Assembly (NCBI GenBank): GCA_029203165.1
Contig: CP119308.1
Location: forward strand, 2,885,467 to 2,949,466
Length of the DNA stretch: 64,000 nucleotides
Source of the DNA: Candidatus Microbacterium colombiense
GTDB taxonomy: Bacteria; Actinomycetota; Actinomycetes; Actinomycetales; Microbacteriaceae
Direction of reading: 5' to 3'
The notes under the pieces were generated by a model that worked only from the letters and a program-made list of their open reading frames with translations, was not told the DNA's origin and did not search any database. Both the position numbers and the translations under genes were made by a program. Positions 63,305 through 64,000 of this stretch are shown here, piece after piece (positions within the stretch are counted from its first letter, which is position 1; each line of letters starts with the position of its first letter).

Positions 63305-64000
63305 TCAGCCGGCGTTGGCGGCGAGCCACGAGTACGGCTCGACGAGACCGCTGTTGATCCAGACCTCGAAGTGGAGGTGGTTCGCGGTGGAGCGGCCCGT
63401 GCTGCCGACGTAGCCGATGAGCTGTCCTGCAGCCACCGTCTGACCGGCCTGCACCTGGCGCGAGCCGTAGGTCATGTGGCCGTAAGTGGTCTGCACGCGC
63501 TGGCCGCCCACGACGCTGTCGATCATGACGCACACGCCATAGCCGCCGATGCTCTCGGCAGATGCACGGACGACGCCGGCCGCCGCCGCATAGATCGGGG
63601 TGCCCTGCGGCGCGAGCATGTCGGCGCCGTTGTGGCCGCCGCCGATCGTGCGACCCTGCGTGTACGAGCCGCCGGGGAGCGGGTAGCGCACCTCGCCCGA
63701 ACCGGGCGAGACGAGCGCGTAGCCCGCGGTGTTGAAGTTCATGGACGCGGCAGAGGACTTCGCTGCTGCCGCCGCACGAGCAGCCGCGGCTGCTTCAGCC
63801 TTCTTCTTCGCGATCTCCTCCGGCGTCGTCGCCGAGAAGGTTCCGCGCGCGAGCGGTGCCGCGGTCGCCTGCGAGGCGACGACGAGAGACTGCGCATCGA
63901 CCGCGGCGAGCTGCTGGACCGTCGCGGTCGCGGCCTCGGCGGGCTTGTTGGCGGCGTAGGCGGGGAGGGCGATACCGGCGACCAACGCGCCGACAGCACC
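63305..64000 (-). CDS. M23-family (LytM-type) metallopeptidase, 5'-truncated by the window edge
   Basis: The frame is open to position 64000 (GAVGALVAGIALPAYAAN looks like a signal/TM h-region). The C-terminal M23 domain has HNGADM, GYVGSTGRSTANHLHFEV (HxH zinc site). Confidence 0.85.
   Translation of the reverse strand, partial: GAVGALVAGIALPAYAANKPAEAATATVQQLAAVDAQSLVVASQATAAPLARGTFSATTPEEIAKKKAEAAAAARAAAAAKSSAASMNFNTAGYALVSPGSGEVRYPLPGGSYTQGRTIGGGHNGADMLAPQGTPIYAAAAGVVRASAESIGGYGVCVMIDSVVGGQRVQTTYGHMTYGSRQVQAGQTVAAGQLIGYVGSTGRSTANHLHFEVWINSGLVEPYSWLAANAG

Overview
This is a high-GC (about 70% by eye) actinobacterial chromosomal segment. Gene content and synteny suggest a Microbacteriaceae/Microbacterium-like genome (inference): nrdHIEF, a rimJ-galU-FmdB/Ruc-mscL block, Lsr2, a C50-carotenoid crt operon and a ykkC-III riboswitch. 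I call about 68 protein-coding genes, 2 tRNAs (Ala-CGC, Arg-CCT), one guanidine-III riboswitch, one frameshifted MMPL pseudogene and several hairpin terminators. I saw no rRNA, CRISPR array, transposase, integrase or phage structural gene. Many long ORFs in the six-frame track are antisense or out-of-frame artefacts of the high GC content, and several real genes had to be trimmed to internal starts.

Major blocks:
- 0.2-15 kb: a sugar oxidation locus with a GMC oxidase, three TIM-barrel enzymes, Gfo/Idh/MocA oxidoreductases, an ABC importer, an MFS transporter and a ROK regulator.
- 15-21.7 kb: mixed housekeeping and hypothetical genes, including an orphan Cro/XRE-ImmA switch.
- 21.9-25.7 kb: nrdHIEF with candidate NrdR boxes.
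- 26-30 kb: MFS transporter, PfkB kinase, hydrolase and acyl-CoA dehydrogenase.
- 30-43 kb: an amine/beta-amino-acid catabolic supercluster with Lrp, PucR, two class-III aminotransferases, MmsA, a YtcJ-like amidohydrolase, a Pot-type ABC importer and a CsoR/RcnR-family regulator.
- 43-47 kb: a conserved actinobacterial block (rimJ-like, galU, 5-FTHF cyclo-ligase, FmdB zinc ribbon, mscL).
- 47-51.7 kb: a 1239-aa DUF4011/SF1 helicase-like protein with degenerate Walker A and B motifs and a translationally coupled 69-aa ORF. It lies divergent from an Ogt-like protein whose catalytic Cys is replaced by Val.
- 52.8-53.2 kb: the guanidine-III riboswitch and a SugE/Gdx exporter.
- 53.3-62.3 kb: lsr2, a MarR (CrtR-like) regulator, idi-crtE-crtB-crtI-crtYe-crtYf-crtEb and the MMPL pseudogene.
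- 62.4-64 kb: tRNA-Arg, an HNH endonuclease, a structured non-coding region and a partial M23 peptidase.

Nothing here can be proven novel without database searches. The best follow-up candidates are the oxidative sugar locus, the pair of non-catalytic DNA-repair-like proteins, and the unassigned structured non-coding region.
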